Positions 47,267 to 56,327 of a DNA stretch of 64,000 bases are shown here, piece after piece (the stretch's first letter is position 1; the number at the start of each line of letters is the position of its first letter). The notes under the pieces were generated by a model. The model was not told the origin of the DNA and did no database searches. It saw only the letters and a program-made list of their open reading frames with translations. The DNA lies in assembly GCA_964561995.1 (NCBI GenBank), contig CAZLQZ010000006.1, positions 8,789-72,788 of the forward strand, written 5' to 3'. Position numbers and translations under genes: made by a program. This stretch comes from an uncultured Methanosarcinales archaeon (GTDB taxonomy: Archaea; Nanobdellota; Nanobdellia; Woesearchaeales; JABIAG01).

Positions 47267-47427
47267 GATATTTTATTTTGTTGGTATTATATAAACTTTA
47301 TGTTAAGAAAAGTTTTTGATTAATTTTGTTTAGATTTAATTATTAATTTAATTTTAATTTGTGATTTTGTAATTAATGATTATTTTAAGAATGTTTGTTT
47401 GAATTATTTGATTAAAATAAAATTGTA

Positions 47428-47511
47428 TGCGGGGCACAGGGTTTGAACCTGCGTAGGCACTAAGCCAATAGGGCCTAAACCTATCCCGTTTGACCACTCC
47501 GGCAACCCCGC
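47428..47511 (-). tRNA. tRNA-Leu (anticodon UAG), type II with long variable arm, no encoded CCA
   Basis: Reverse complement GCGGGGTTGCCGGAGTGGTCAAACGGGATAGGTTTAGGCCCTATTGGCTTAGTGCCTACGCAGGTTCAAACCCTGTGCCCCGCA folds by hand. Parts: 7-bp acceptor, anticodon stem ATAGG/CCTAT with loop TTTAGGC, variable stem GGC/GCC, T-arm GCAGG-TTCAAAC-CCTGT. TTTATAAA at 47540-47547 lies about 30 nt upstream. Confidence 0.9.
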
Positions 47512-47921
47512 AATGTTAAATTAAAGAATACACAACTTGTTTATAAAATTATCTATGTGGTTTTATACTACTATATATATAATGTGAATTTTTTATGATT
47601 TTATCTTTATAAATTTTTTTTAAATTGGTAAATTTGGTGAAAATGCTTTTTTTTATTGATACTCTTTTGAAGTAATGAAGTGGTATTTTTTAACAATTTG
47701 GGGGATACAGCCTTTGTTCTTGCTGAATTGATTATTTGCCAACCAAAATTTGCGAAAAGCTTATAAATGATTAATGAAGAAAAAACTCTATCTTTGGTTA
47801 TTTCGCCATAGAAGAATTGTGGGTGTGTAGGTAATCACGCCACAATCTTTAAATATGCGTGAAATTTTTCAGAAGAAAACAACGCCCAATGGGCAAAAAC
47901 TTGAAACACGGAGGTGTTTAG

Positions 47922-50333
47922 ATGAAGGTGAGAAAAACAATAAAAAAAATTGCAGCTTTGGGAGTAGGACTCTCTATGCTAGGAACAACTGTTCTTGGTG
48001 CTATGGCTGCTGACTTAGGCGATTACCCTGCACCACTATTTATTCAAAATGGTGAATTTAACGGAGTAATTGTATTAGGTGACAACGCTATTTCTTCAGA
48101 TACATTAGGAGCTATTGACATTGCAACATCATTACAATATGGTGGCGGTTCAACTGAAACTTCTATATCTAACGGAGTAAAAATTGAAGCTTCAGGTAAT
48201 GACTTGAATATCAATGAAAGTATGGCAGATATCGATACTACATTAGATGATGCAGATCTTCCAGTAATCTTAGGAGATGGTACTTTTGAAGAAAGTGATG
48301 GTAATAATAAAAATGAAGAAGACTATACTCAGGAATTAAAGTTTTATGATGGAACTGGCGAATTACAGTTAGATCAAGATAAAACTGATGCTCCAAATGG
48401 TGGACTTTATCTTGTAATCGACAAAAATGAAGTATTATATAATTATACTTTAGAATTTGAAGATTATTTAGAATACGATAACACATCTGCAACAACTGCA
48501 AGTGATGATATGGAAACTGCTAAAATCGAAATACAAGGTAATTTATATACAATTACTGATGTTAAATTAGATACTGGTAAAATCAAATCACTTACTTTAC
48601 AAGCTGGAGATACAACTGTATGGCTAGAACAAGGAGCACCAATTACAAGAATTATTGGTGGTGAAGAGCATGAAGTTGAATTGATGGATGTTAATGAAGA
48701 TGAAAACAAATGTGGTGTTACAGTTGATGGAACTTTAATGTGGGTTGATACAGGTTCTTCAAAGAAAGTTTCTGGAATTGAAATCGGAGTAACTGACGCA
48801 ATAGTTGTACATTCAGAATTGAAAGATACTGATGTTTGTGAAGTTAATTTAGGAGCTTCTGAAATTAAATTAGAAAACAACCAAGAAATTGAATTGAACG
48901 GAAAAGATATTGATGGTTCAAAAGCATTTTACATAGAAGCTCTAGGTGGAAAACTTGAAGAAATTAAAATTCAATACACACCTGATGAAAAAATGTATCT
49001 TGCAGCTGGCGATACATATGCAGACCCAGTTCTTGGAAATTTTGAAATTTCATATGCAGGAGTAACAGTAGAAACTTCAGACATTAGTCTTGATGTATCT
49101 AGCAACGATTTTGCTTTATCATTCAATAACGTTGATGGTAAAGAGGTAGAATTACCTTTCTATTGTAATAATAGTTGTGATGCAGCTACTGATGTTATGT
49201 TTTTCGGAACTGACAACTCACCAGATGAAAGATACTATTTTGACGGTGGAATTTGCGTAGGTACATCCGATGTAAATGATTGTGAAGGTGCAAGATTTTT
49301 AGTTGAAGAAGGTAAAGAATTACACGTAATTGAAATAGATGATATCGATACAAGTAATAATAGAACTACTTTAAAAGATATTACATATGGCAGTTCAAAA
49401 ACAACTAGTAATTCAATTACTAACGCAGCTGTTGCACACGATTTACCTGCTGGTGGACAAACGGTTAATTTAGCAATTAATACTGCTACTAATGCTGTAT
49501 CATTTATTGATGCAGGAACTGATAATTTAGTTGGAGTTAATGATGCTTTCTTTACAGAATATGAAGCACAATTAAATTTGACTGGATTTGATGTAAATGG
49601 AAGCGTTGCTTCTGTATTAGGAAACCTTACACCATCTAACTTTACAGTTACATTTGTAGAGCCAGATAATGCAGTTGATTCAACATCAGGAACTGAAGAT
49701 AGTAGATCCGAAACTACATTTATGATTGACATTGACACAAGCGATGAAGAGTTTGATGTAAATGCACCAGGAATGGTTAGAGCTACTTTCAACAATGTTG
49801 ATGTAAGTAAATCAAATGATGACGACCAATTATACTACTCTAACTTTGGTACAAGTGTAGTATATGATAGCAAAGAAGCTAGAAGTGCAGAAATAGTATT
49901 CCCAGAAGAAGAACTTTTTGCAAGTGTATTTGTTAGTCCAGTTGGTGCAAATGTTGTTGTAAGTGGATCAGGCGCTTCAAAGAAAATTGAAGTTGGAACT
50001 GCAAAATTAGCTTCAGAAGTTGCTAGCTTAGAAGCACAAAACTCACTTATTATAGGTGGTCCATGTGCAAACGCAGCTGCAGCTGAGTTCTTAGGTGTAA
50101 CAAGTGCAACTTGTTCAGAAGGAGCTCCAGAAGTAAATACAGCAGTGATAAAACTTCAAGCTTATGGCGAAAATGTAGCTATGTTAGTTAACGGTTACGA
50201 CGCTATAGACACTAGAAGGGCTGCTAGAGTACTTGCAAACTATGCAGACTATTCTGTTGAATTAACTGGAGACGAAGTTGTTGTTTCTGGTACTGACTTC
50301 AGTAATATAGTTGTTACTAGCGCTGCAGAATAA
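47922..50333 (+). CDS. S-layer / major surface protein (Methanococcales-type S_layer_N and S_layer_C-like ends)
   Basis: Signal peptide MKVRKTIKKIAALGVGLSMLGTTVLGAMA. VIVLGDNAISSDTLGAIDIATSLQY near the N-terminus and IIGGPCANAAAAEF...DAIDTRRAARVLANY near the C-terminus. Acidic, Thr/Ser/Asp-rich middle. Strong SD GGAGGTG at 47910-47916. Visibly higher GC than its neighbours. Confidence 0.7.
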   Translation: MKVRKTIKKIAALGVGLSMLGTTVLGAMAADLGDYPAPLFIQNGEFNGVIVLGDNAISSDTLGAIDIATSLQYGGGSTETSISNGVKIEASGNDLNINESMADIDTTLDDADLPVILGDGTFEESDGNNKNEEDYTQELKFYDGTGELQLDQDKTDAPNGGLYLVIDKNEVLYNYTLEFEDYLEYDNTSATTASDDMETAKIEIQGNLYTITDVKLDTGKIKSLTLQAGDTTVWLEQGAPITRIIGGEEHEVELMDVNEDENKCGVTVDGTLMWVDTGSSKKVSGIEIGVTDAIVVHSELKDTDVCEVNLGASEIKLENNQEIELNGKDIDGSKAFYIEALGGKLEEIKIQYTPDEKMYLAAGDTYADPVLGNFEISYAGVTVETSDISLDVSSNDFALSFNNVDGKEVELPFYCNNSCDAATDVMFFGTDNSPDERYYFDGGICVGTSDVNDCEGARFLVEEGKELHVIEIDDIDTSNNRTTLKDITYGSSKTTSNSITNAAVAHDLPAGGQTVNLAINTATNAVSFIDAGTDNLVGVNDAFFTEYEAQLNLTGFDVNGSVASVLGNLTPSNFTVTFVEPDNAVDSTSGTEDSRSETTFMIDIDTSDEEFDVNAPGMVRATFNNVDVSKSNDDDQLYYSNFGTSVVYDSKEARSAEIVFPEEELFASVFVSPVGANVVVSGSGASKKIEVGTAKLASEVASLEAQNSLIIGGPCANAAAAEFLGVTSATCSEGAPEVNTAVIKLQAYGENVAMLVNGYDAIDTRRAARVLANYADYSVELTGDEVVVSGTDFSNIVVTSAAE

Positions 50334-50431
50334 GAAGGCAAATAGCTTTTTTTCTTTTTTTTTTTTAATAAAATTCTAATTTTTTAAATAAAACCATAAA
50401 AATTATAAATGAGTTATTTATTAATGATAAT

Positions 50432-50965
50432 ATGAAAAAAATAATTTGTATTTTATTGATGTTGATGATTATACCTTCTGCTTTAGCTTTTACTCTTAAA
50501 TCGTATCCTGGTATGTTTACAAATAAGAATCAATTGGATGTTAAAATTGTAGTTGGTGATTTAGCAATTGCTTCAGATACAATTGGGGCAGTAGAAATTG
50601 CAACTTCTTTACAATATAATCCAACTACCAATAAAACTTATATTGGGGTTCAGGCAGTATTGGCTTCAGAAATTGAAGATGTAAGTCAAGAAAATTTAAT
50701 TATAGTTGGTGGGCCTTGTGCAAATGCGATTGCGGCAGAATTAATGAATTATCCAAATCCTTGTTATAGTCCTATTCCTGATAATACGGGTATACTAAGA
50801 TTATATGAATTTGATTATGGAGTCTCAATTTTAGTAGCGGGCAGATCTGCAATAGATACAAGAAGAGCTTCAAGAATAATTGCTAATTATTATGATTATA
50901 ACCTTGCAAATTCAAAATATATGGAAGTTTTCGCAGCATTAGAAACTCAAATTTTAATTAATTAA
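50432..50965 (+). CDS. Small secreted paralog carrying only the terminal modules of the S-layer protein
   Basis: KIVVGDLAIASDTIGAVEIATSLQY followed within ~40 aa by IVGGPCANAIAAEL...SAIDTRRASRIIANY. Confidence 0.65.
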   Translation: MKKIICILLMLMIIPSALAFTLKSYPGMFTNKNQLDVKIVVGDLAIASDTIGAVEIATSLQYNPTTNKTYIGVQAVLASEIEDVSQENLIIVGGPCANAIAAELMNYPNPCYSPIPDNTGILRLYEFDYGVSILVAGRSAIDTRRASRIIANYYDYNLANSKYMEVFAALETQILIN

Positions 50966-52153
50966 TTCTGCAGTAAAAATATTGTGCTTAGTTCTTTTTA
51001 TTTTAACTTTAATAATTCCTTTTGAAAAAGAGTTAATAATAGAAATGGTTCTGTTTTTTGCAACTAATAATTTTTCATTCTTTAATCTACCCTCACTAAT
51101 TATCTTAGCTTCAATTATTTCGCCCTTTTTAAACGGTTTAGGGAGGTTTTTTGTTTTTTCTATGTCAAAGTCCGTCTCATCAAAAATGAGCTTTAAACCA
51201 TATTTATCTTGTAATTCTTTTAGTTTAGAAAAAAAATCTTCCCAACTTAATTCTTTTAATAATCTTCCACCTTTATATCTTAAATATTTTTGAATACCGA
51301 CTTTAGGATGTGTTTGTTTGTTTTTTAGTTTTGCTACAAAGTTCACTATTTCTTCAATGTCATTATCATTAATTCCTGGTGCCCAAACTGGTGCAACAAT
51401 TAATTCTACTTTAGATTTAGCAACATATTTTATCATATTTAAAACATGTTCCAGATTGTATGGTTTTACAGCTATTTGCTTAGCATTTTTTTTATCGACT
51501 GAATTTAATGATATGTTAAGTCTTGTAAATCCTGATTCAATGAACTCATCTATTATTTTTTCAGTTAATAAAGTTCCATTAGTGTCCATTGAAACTCTTT
51601 TTACAGATTTATTTTTTCTAATTTCTTTAACTAAATAGGCTAGTTTTTTGTATCTTAGGGGTTCACCTTGACAACCAATGTGAATTTCGATGTTATTATT
51701 TTCTTTGAATTCAATTAATTTGTTTAATTCTTCGACCATGTAGTCAGCTTCAACAATAAAATCTACTGGTCTTTTTAATTCCGAAACTGAACAATAAATG
51801 CAATCAAGGTTACAAGATGTAATTGGTTTAATTTCAATTATGTTTGTATTTCTGTCAATAATTCCAAATGCAACATTTCCCATTAAGGGAATTTCTGAAT
51901 TTTTATGTATATAAACTGTTTTTTTGCCATTGAGAATGTTTGTTAATTCATTAAAACCTTTTAGTAATAAGTGGTCAAATTTATGTGATTTTTTTTCAGA
52001 ACAATTAATGGTTAAAATTTCGTCTTTAACTTTGAATTTTCCTATTTTTTCTAATTCTTCATTTTTAATATCAAAATAAAATATTTTTAGAAAATTAGCT
52101 CTTACAAAATCTTCTTTTTGATTGAATTTAATATCTTCAAATTTTAATTGCAT
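50954..52153 (-). CDS. Radical SAM protein
   Basis: CNLDCIYCS (CxxxCxxC) with a downstream GEPL motif; N- and C-terminal extra domains. Confidence 0.75.
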   Translation of the reverse strand: MQLKFEDIKFNQKEDFVRANFLKIFYFDIKNEELEKIGKFKVKDEILTINCSEKKSHKFDHLLLKGFNELTNILNGKKTVYIHKNSEIPLMGNVAFGIIDRNTNIIEIKPITSCNLDCIYCSVSELKRPVDFIVEADYMVEELNKLIEFKENNNIEIHIGCQGEPLRYKKLAYLVKEIRKNKSVKRVSMDTNGTLLTEKIIDEFIESGFTRLNISLNSVDKKNAKQIAVKPYNLEHVLNMIKYVAKSKVELIVAPVWAPGINDNDIEEIVNFVAKLKNKQTHPKVGIQKYLRYKGGRLLKELSWEDFFSKLKELQDKYGLKLIFDETDFDIEKTKNLPKPFKKGEIIEAKIISEGRLKNEKLLVAKNRTISIINSFSKGIIKVKIKRTKHNIFTAELIN

Positions 52154-52302
52154 CTTGTTGTTATTTAATATATATTTTATAAAGGTTTTTAAGAATGGGT
52201 TATATAATTAAATAATTATTGGTATGTTTAAAAAGTATTTTTTTAGGTATTTTTGTTATAGAATCTAAAACTTTAAATACCTCTTTTTTCTATTATTTAT
52301 TT

Positions 52303-52917
52303 ATGGGGGAAGAAGACGTTGTAATTACATATGAAACTCTATTTGAGATCTTTAGAAGAGAGAAAAATAGAGGAGAATTACAAACACTAGATGAGGATTT
52401 TTTCATTAATGTTGTTAAGTATTTAGGCCAAAAAAAAAATATTGTTGAAAAAGAGAATAATACTCAAGATGCTTTATTTGCTGAAGAAGAAAAATTAAAG
52501 GCTGAAAAACAACTTTATAATATAAAAAAAATCTTGCGTGATTTATACGAAATTAGAGAAAAGAAAATTGTTGATATGGCTTTAAATAAATCTAGAACAC
52601 AAAGTCCATTAATTGATGATTCTTCTTTATTAAAAGAGGAAAGAATTCTTTATGTAGACATTGTTAAAATATTTGATAGGCATAGGCAAGATATTTTGAT
52701 GAGAATATTAAATACTCAGATGCCTACTATTGATGTTGATGAAAAAAAAGCTGATGAGCCAACTGAGTTAAAATTAAAATTTGTTGAAGATACACCCGAA
52801 TTTGTTGGTCCGGATATGGAAACATTAGGCCCTTTTGTTAAGGATGATGTTTCAGTTTTTTCTAAACAAATTGCCGATATTCTATTGAGTAAGGGCTGTG
52901 CTGAATCTTTTGAATAA
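52303..52917 (+). CDS. GINS-family replication protein (Gins51/Sld5-like), tentative
   Basis: ITYETLFEIFRREKNRGELQTLDEDFF...LYNIKKILRDLYEIREKKIVDMAL resembles the GINS A-domain. ATG at 52303 lies 23 nt downstream of CTTTAAATAC. Confidence 0.5.
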   Translation: MGEEDVVITYETLFEIFRREKNRGELQTLDEDFFINVVKYLGQKKNIVEKENNTQDALFAEEEKLKAEKQLYNIKKILRDLYEIREKKIVDMALNKSRTQSPLIDDSSLLKEERILYVDIVKIFDRHRQDILMRILNTQMPTIDVDEKKADEPTELKLKFVEDTPEFVGPDMETLGPFVKDDVSVFSKQIADILLSKGCAESFE

Positions 52918-53117
52918 TTTTTAAGGCTAATTTAGATTATTAATTTTGTTATATTCTGTGTTATAATATTATGTGCTATACGAACGAAGCGAGTGTAGTA
53001 CTTTGGTAGCTATATCAAAAACAATGTTTTCGGAACGTTCTTTGAACGCATACGAAACCGTAGTGCAGAAACAAATGAATAGTAACCTTTTTAAATAGGT
53101 GGAATTTTCAAGTAGTT

Positions 53118-53441
53118 ATGAAAGTTCCTAAACAGATGAATAGATACTGTGCTAAATGTAAAAAGCATACTGAACACAAAGTAGCACAAGCTAAAAGAAA
53201 AGGTCTTAACGCTACTCATCATCAAACAAGAGATAGTAGGAAAAGACAATCTTTAAGAGATAGAGGTGTTGGTATTGGGAGTGGTAATAAAGGAAAATAT
53301 TCTCGTCCTCCTATTGCAAAAAGGAAGATGACTGGTAAAAAACTTACTAAAAAAACTGATTTCAGATATACTTGTGGTGTATGTAAAAAAATTAGCGTTC
53401 AAGCAACTGGAATGAGATTAAAGAAAGTAGATTTGCAATAA
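53118..53441 (+). CDS. rpl44e: 50S ribosomal protein L44e
   Basis: MKVPKQMNRYCAKCKKHTEHKV...CGVCKK zinc-ribbon pattern and basic composition. Confidence 0.85.
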   Translation: MKVPKQMNRYCAKCKKHTEHKVAQAKRKGLNATHHQTRDSRKRQSLRDRGVGIGSGNKGKYSRPPIAKRKMTGKKLTKKTDFRYTCGVCKKISVQATGMRLKKVDLQ

Positions 53442-53448
53442 TTTTATT

Positions 53449-54180
53449 GTGATACGTAAATCATTTATTTTTCTACCTGGTATAAGTTATAATTTAGAGA
53501 AAAGTCTATGGAACCAAGGTATTTTAAATTGGAATGACTTTTTAAAATCAAAAAAAATAAAAGGAATTTCTACAAAACGAAAAAATATTTACAATTTAAT
53601 TTTAAATAAAGTTAAAAGTGAATTATTCTCTTTAAATTCTGATTATTTTATTGATAAATTGCCTTCTTCTGAAAATTGGAGGTTGTATAAATTTTTTGAA
53701 AATGAAGTTGTTTTTTTAGATATTGAAGTTGAGCATGTAACAAAGGATGTTACTGTTATTGGTTTGTTTGATGGTATTGATACTAAAATAATGATTCGAG
53801 GTTATAATCTTGATATGAAAGTATTAAAGCAGGAATTATTAAAATATAAATTAATTGTTACATATAATGGTTCTACTTTTGATATACCTTTTTTAAATAA
53901 GCGTTATCCTGGTCTTATACCTAAAATTCCTTGTTTTGATTTAAAGGTGGGGTGTAGAAGGCTGGGTTTAATTGGAGGATTAAAGGAAGTTGAAAAAAAA
54001 CTAAATATTAAGCGTTCTCAAATTATAAAAAAATTAACAAATGGTGATCCTTATCTACTATATCGAATGTGGAAAGGTTCTGGTGACAATTATTATTTAA
54101 AATTATTAGTTGAATACAATGAAGAAGATGTCATTAATTTGAAGAAAATTGCTAATTATGTATCTAAAAATCTATCGTAA
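53449..54180 (+). CDS. RNase H-fold 3-prime-5-prime exonuclease-like protein (YprB/COG3359-like)
   Basis: VVFLDIEV (Exo I-like), VTYNGSTFDIPFL (Exo II-like), YNEEDV (Exo III-like). GTG start. Confidence 0.5.
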   Translation: MIRKSFIFLPGISYNLEKSLWNQGILNWNDFLKSKKIKGISTKRKNIYNLILNKVKSELFSLNSDYFIDKLPSSENWRLYKFFENEVVFLDIEVEHVTKDVTVIGLFDGIDTKIMIRGYNLDMKVLKQELLKYKLIVTYNGSTFDIPFLNKRYPGLIPKIPCFDLKVGCRRLGLIGGLKEVEKKLNIKRSQIIKKLTNGDPYLLYRMWKGSGDNYYLKLLVEYNEEDVINLKKIANYVSKNLS

Positions 54181-54225
54181 TCTTTATAAATATCTTTACT
54201 TTCATATCATTAGGGGGAATTTAAA

Positions 54226-54594
54226 ATGAAAAAGATATTATTTATTATTGCACTTTTATTTTTAGTTGGTTGTACATCAAGTGATAACAGTTTAACAAAT
54301 GATATTACTGGAAATGTTGTTGCATATGATGCACCTTCTAATGTTAAGGTAACAGTTAAATTACAAGGTAGTGTAATGGATCCAAGTGAAATTACTGTAA
54401 AACAAGGCTCTTTAGTTTTATTAGAAATTATTGATTTGGATAATGCAACTGATGTATTTGTAGTAAATGGTTACAATGTTGAAGAAAAATTAGTAAATGG
54501 AGAAGGACTATTTTATTTTAAAGCAAATAAGAAAGGCGCATTTACTTATGGTTTAAGAACTGATAAAAGAAAAGGAACATTAGTTGTTAATTAA
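54226..54594 (+). CDS. Lipobox lipoprotein with cupredoxin-like beta-sandwich
   Basis: MKKILFIIALLFLVGCTSS (L-V-G-C lipobox). EITVKQGSLVLLEI...FYFKANKKGAFTYG...GTLVV resembles the cupredoxin_1 fold without obvious Cu ligands. Confidence 0.5.
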   Translation: MKKILFIIALLFLVGCTSSDNSLTNDITGNVVAYDAPSNVKVTVKLQGSVMDPSEITVKQGSLVLLEIIDLDNATDVFVVNGYNVEEKLVNGEGLFYFKANKKGAFTYGLRTDKRKGTLVVN

Positions 54595-54630
54595 ATAATC
54601 ACGAATTTGTATCGTGATATTTAAAAATTT

Positions 54631-54948
54631 TTAATTCTTATTTTTTTTAATAAAATAAGCACTTAAGAACAAAATTATTCCAACAATAATAAATCCACAT
54701 TCTTTTTGAAAAAAAGTATATTTTATAATAAGTTCAACAATTCCTAATGATATTAATACTGTTCCAACAATATTTAAAATAGTTGCTTTAAGGTGTTTTT
54801 GAAATAATTCTTTTGGTTTTTTATGAAGTGAAAATCCAGAAAATAATTTATCTTTTACATGTCCTACAAAATATGTTACAAAATCAACAACGATACTTGA
54901 AATTGCATCTTCAAGTTGCTCTTTTTTTTTAGATTTTTTATTTGCCAT
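54631..54948 (-). CDS. Small membrane protein
   Basis: Two C-terminal TM helices after a charged N-terminus. Confidence 0.4.
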   Translation of the reverse strand: MANKKSKKKEQLEDAISSIVVDFVTYFVGHVKDKLFSGFSLHKKPKELFQKHLKATILNIVGTVLISLGIVELIIKYTFFQKECGFIIVGIILFLSAYFIKKNKN

Positions 54949-55034
54949 GTTTTTATTATGATTATTTGAGTATATAAGTTTTTTGTTTTATTACACATCT
55001 TTTGAGTAATGATCAAAAATTCTTCATTTTTGTG

Positions 55035-56273
55035 TTAGTATTTACCTAAAGATATTTGTTTTTCTTTAATTTTAAATTTTTTAATGTTGACTTTTCCTTT
55101 AAAAACTGGCTCTCCGTAAACTCCATCGTATCCTGGTTTAACTTTTATTTCTCCATTTCTGTTTTTCATTATTATTTTTGCAATATCTGGATTTATTTTC
55201 ATTAAATCTTTTTTTGGAGTATTTAATAAAATTTCATATTCTGTTTTTTTGTTAACAAATTGATTATACATTTCCCAACATTTTTTTGTTGTAATGCCCA
55301 TCTTATAAAATTTTGAAATTAATTCAGATAAGGGCATTAATTTGTAAACTTTTTTTGCATTTTTAGGTATGTAACCTTCTTCTCTGTCTGCTAATTCTTC
55401 AACTCTATTCTCAACACCAATAACCACTTTTTTCCCACAATTAGGACACAGTCCTCCTAATTCTGTTGTTTGTTTAGGAGATAAAATCACTTCACATTTT
55501 CTATGTCCGTCCCAATGATATTTTCCGTAAGCTGGATCAACTTCAATTGTTCCATGAATTGTATTATTTTTTAGTTGTTTTTGAACATTATCGTATGATA
55601 TTTTTCCATTAAACAATGTTGCCTCTCTTCCAATTCTCCAAGGCCAAAAAGAATGTAAATCTGAAAATGAAACTAATGTATATTTATCTAATTGTGATAA
55701 ACGCCAGTTCATTTCTGGGTCTGATGAAATGCCAGTTTCTAACGCATGAATTTTTTTAGTTTGATCTTGAAAACATTCTTTTACAGTATTAAATCCGGAT
55801 TTAGAACCAAACATACTAAACCATGGTGTCCAAATGTGTGCTGGAATTATTTCAACTTTAGGATTTATTTCAGTTAGTTTTTCAACAAATTCGGGACATG
55901 GTATTTTGAATATTGGTCTTCCATCATAATCAACTCTTCCCTTTGATTTAAACCATTCAGTAATTTGGTCTGCAGTTCCTAAATCTGGTGCAAGAATAAC
56001 ATTGTGTACTCTTCTTCCTTTTTCATTATCTGTATAAATTAAACTTATTTCAGTTTGTAATAAAAATGGAAAATCTGTTGAAGTTTTCATTACTCCATTA
56101 TCCTCTTTTAATTCTGATTTTATTTCTTGAATCCACTCAGGATGTGTGAAATCTCCAGTACCTAATAATTGAACACCTTTTAATCTTGCATATTTTTCAA
56201 GATTTTTTATAGTTAAATTTTTACTACATCCTCTTGAGAATCTTCCATGTATGTGTAAATCTGCAATAAACAT
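55035..56273 (-). CDS. PHP-domain nuclease with zinc ribbon (Endonuclease Q / COG1379-like)
   Basis: FIADLHIHGRFSRGCSKN at the N-terminus, HIWTPW, and an internal CPNCGKK zinc ribbon. Confidence 0.7.
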   Translation of the reverse strand: MFIADLHIHGRFSRGCSKNLTIKNLEKYARLKGVQLLGTGDFTHPEWIQEIKSELKEDNGVMKTSTDFPFLLQTEISLIYTDNEKGRRVHNVILAPDLGTADQITEWFKSKGRVDYDGRPIFKIPCPEFVEKLTEINPKVEIIPAHIWTPWFSMFGSKSGFNTVKECFQDQTKKIHALETGISSDPEMNWRLSQLDKYTLVSFSDLHSFWPWRIGREATLFNGKISYDNVQKQLKNNTIHGTIEVDPAYGKYHWDGHRKCEVILSPKQTTELGGLCPNCGKKVVIGVENRVEELADREEGYIPKNAKKVYKLMPLSELISKFYKMGITTKKCWEMYNQFVNKKTEYEILLNTPKKDLMKINPDIAKIIMKNRNGEIKVKPGYDGVYGEPVFKGKVNIKKFKIKEKQISLGKY

Positions 56274-56327
56274 AATTAGAATTAATTTTTTTTCTTTTTA
56301 TGTTTTGTTGTTTTCTTTTTATTTTTT

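Noticed and set aside
47267-47921. tRNA-Leu flanked by long non-coding AT-rich DNA, considered as a possible integration site of a mobile element carrying the S-layer genes.
   Set aside because: I found no integrase and no duplicated copy of the tRNA 3-prime end downstream. The adjacent genes are core envelope genes, and the long spacer is better explained as promoter and leader regions.
52970-53075. C/D-box or H/ACA-box sRNA in the GC-rich island upstream of L44e.
   Set aside because: No RUGAUGA/CUGA box pairs are present. An ACA follows the outer pairing, but there is no two-sided pseudouridylation pocket or k-turn arrangement. It is kept only as an unclassified candidate element.
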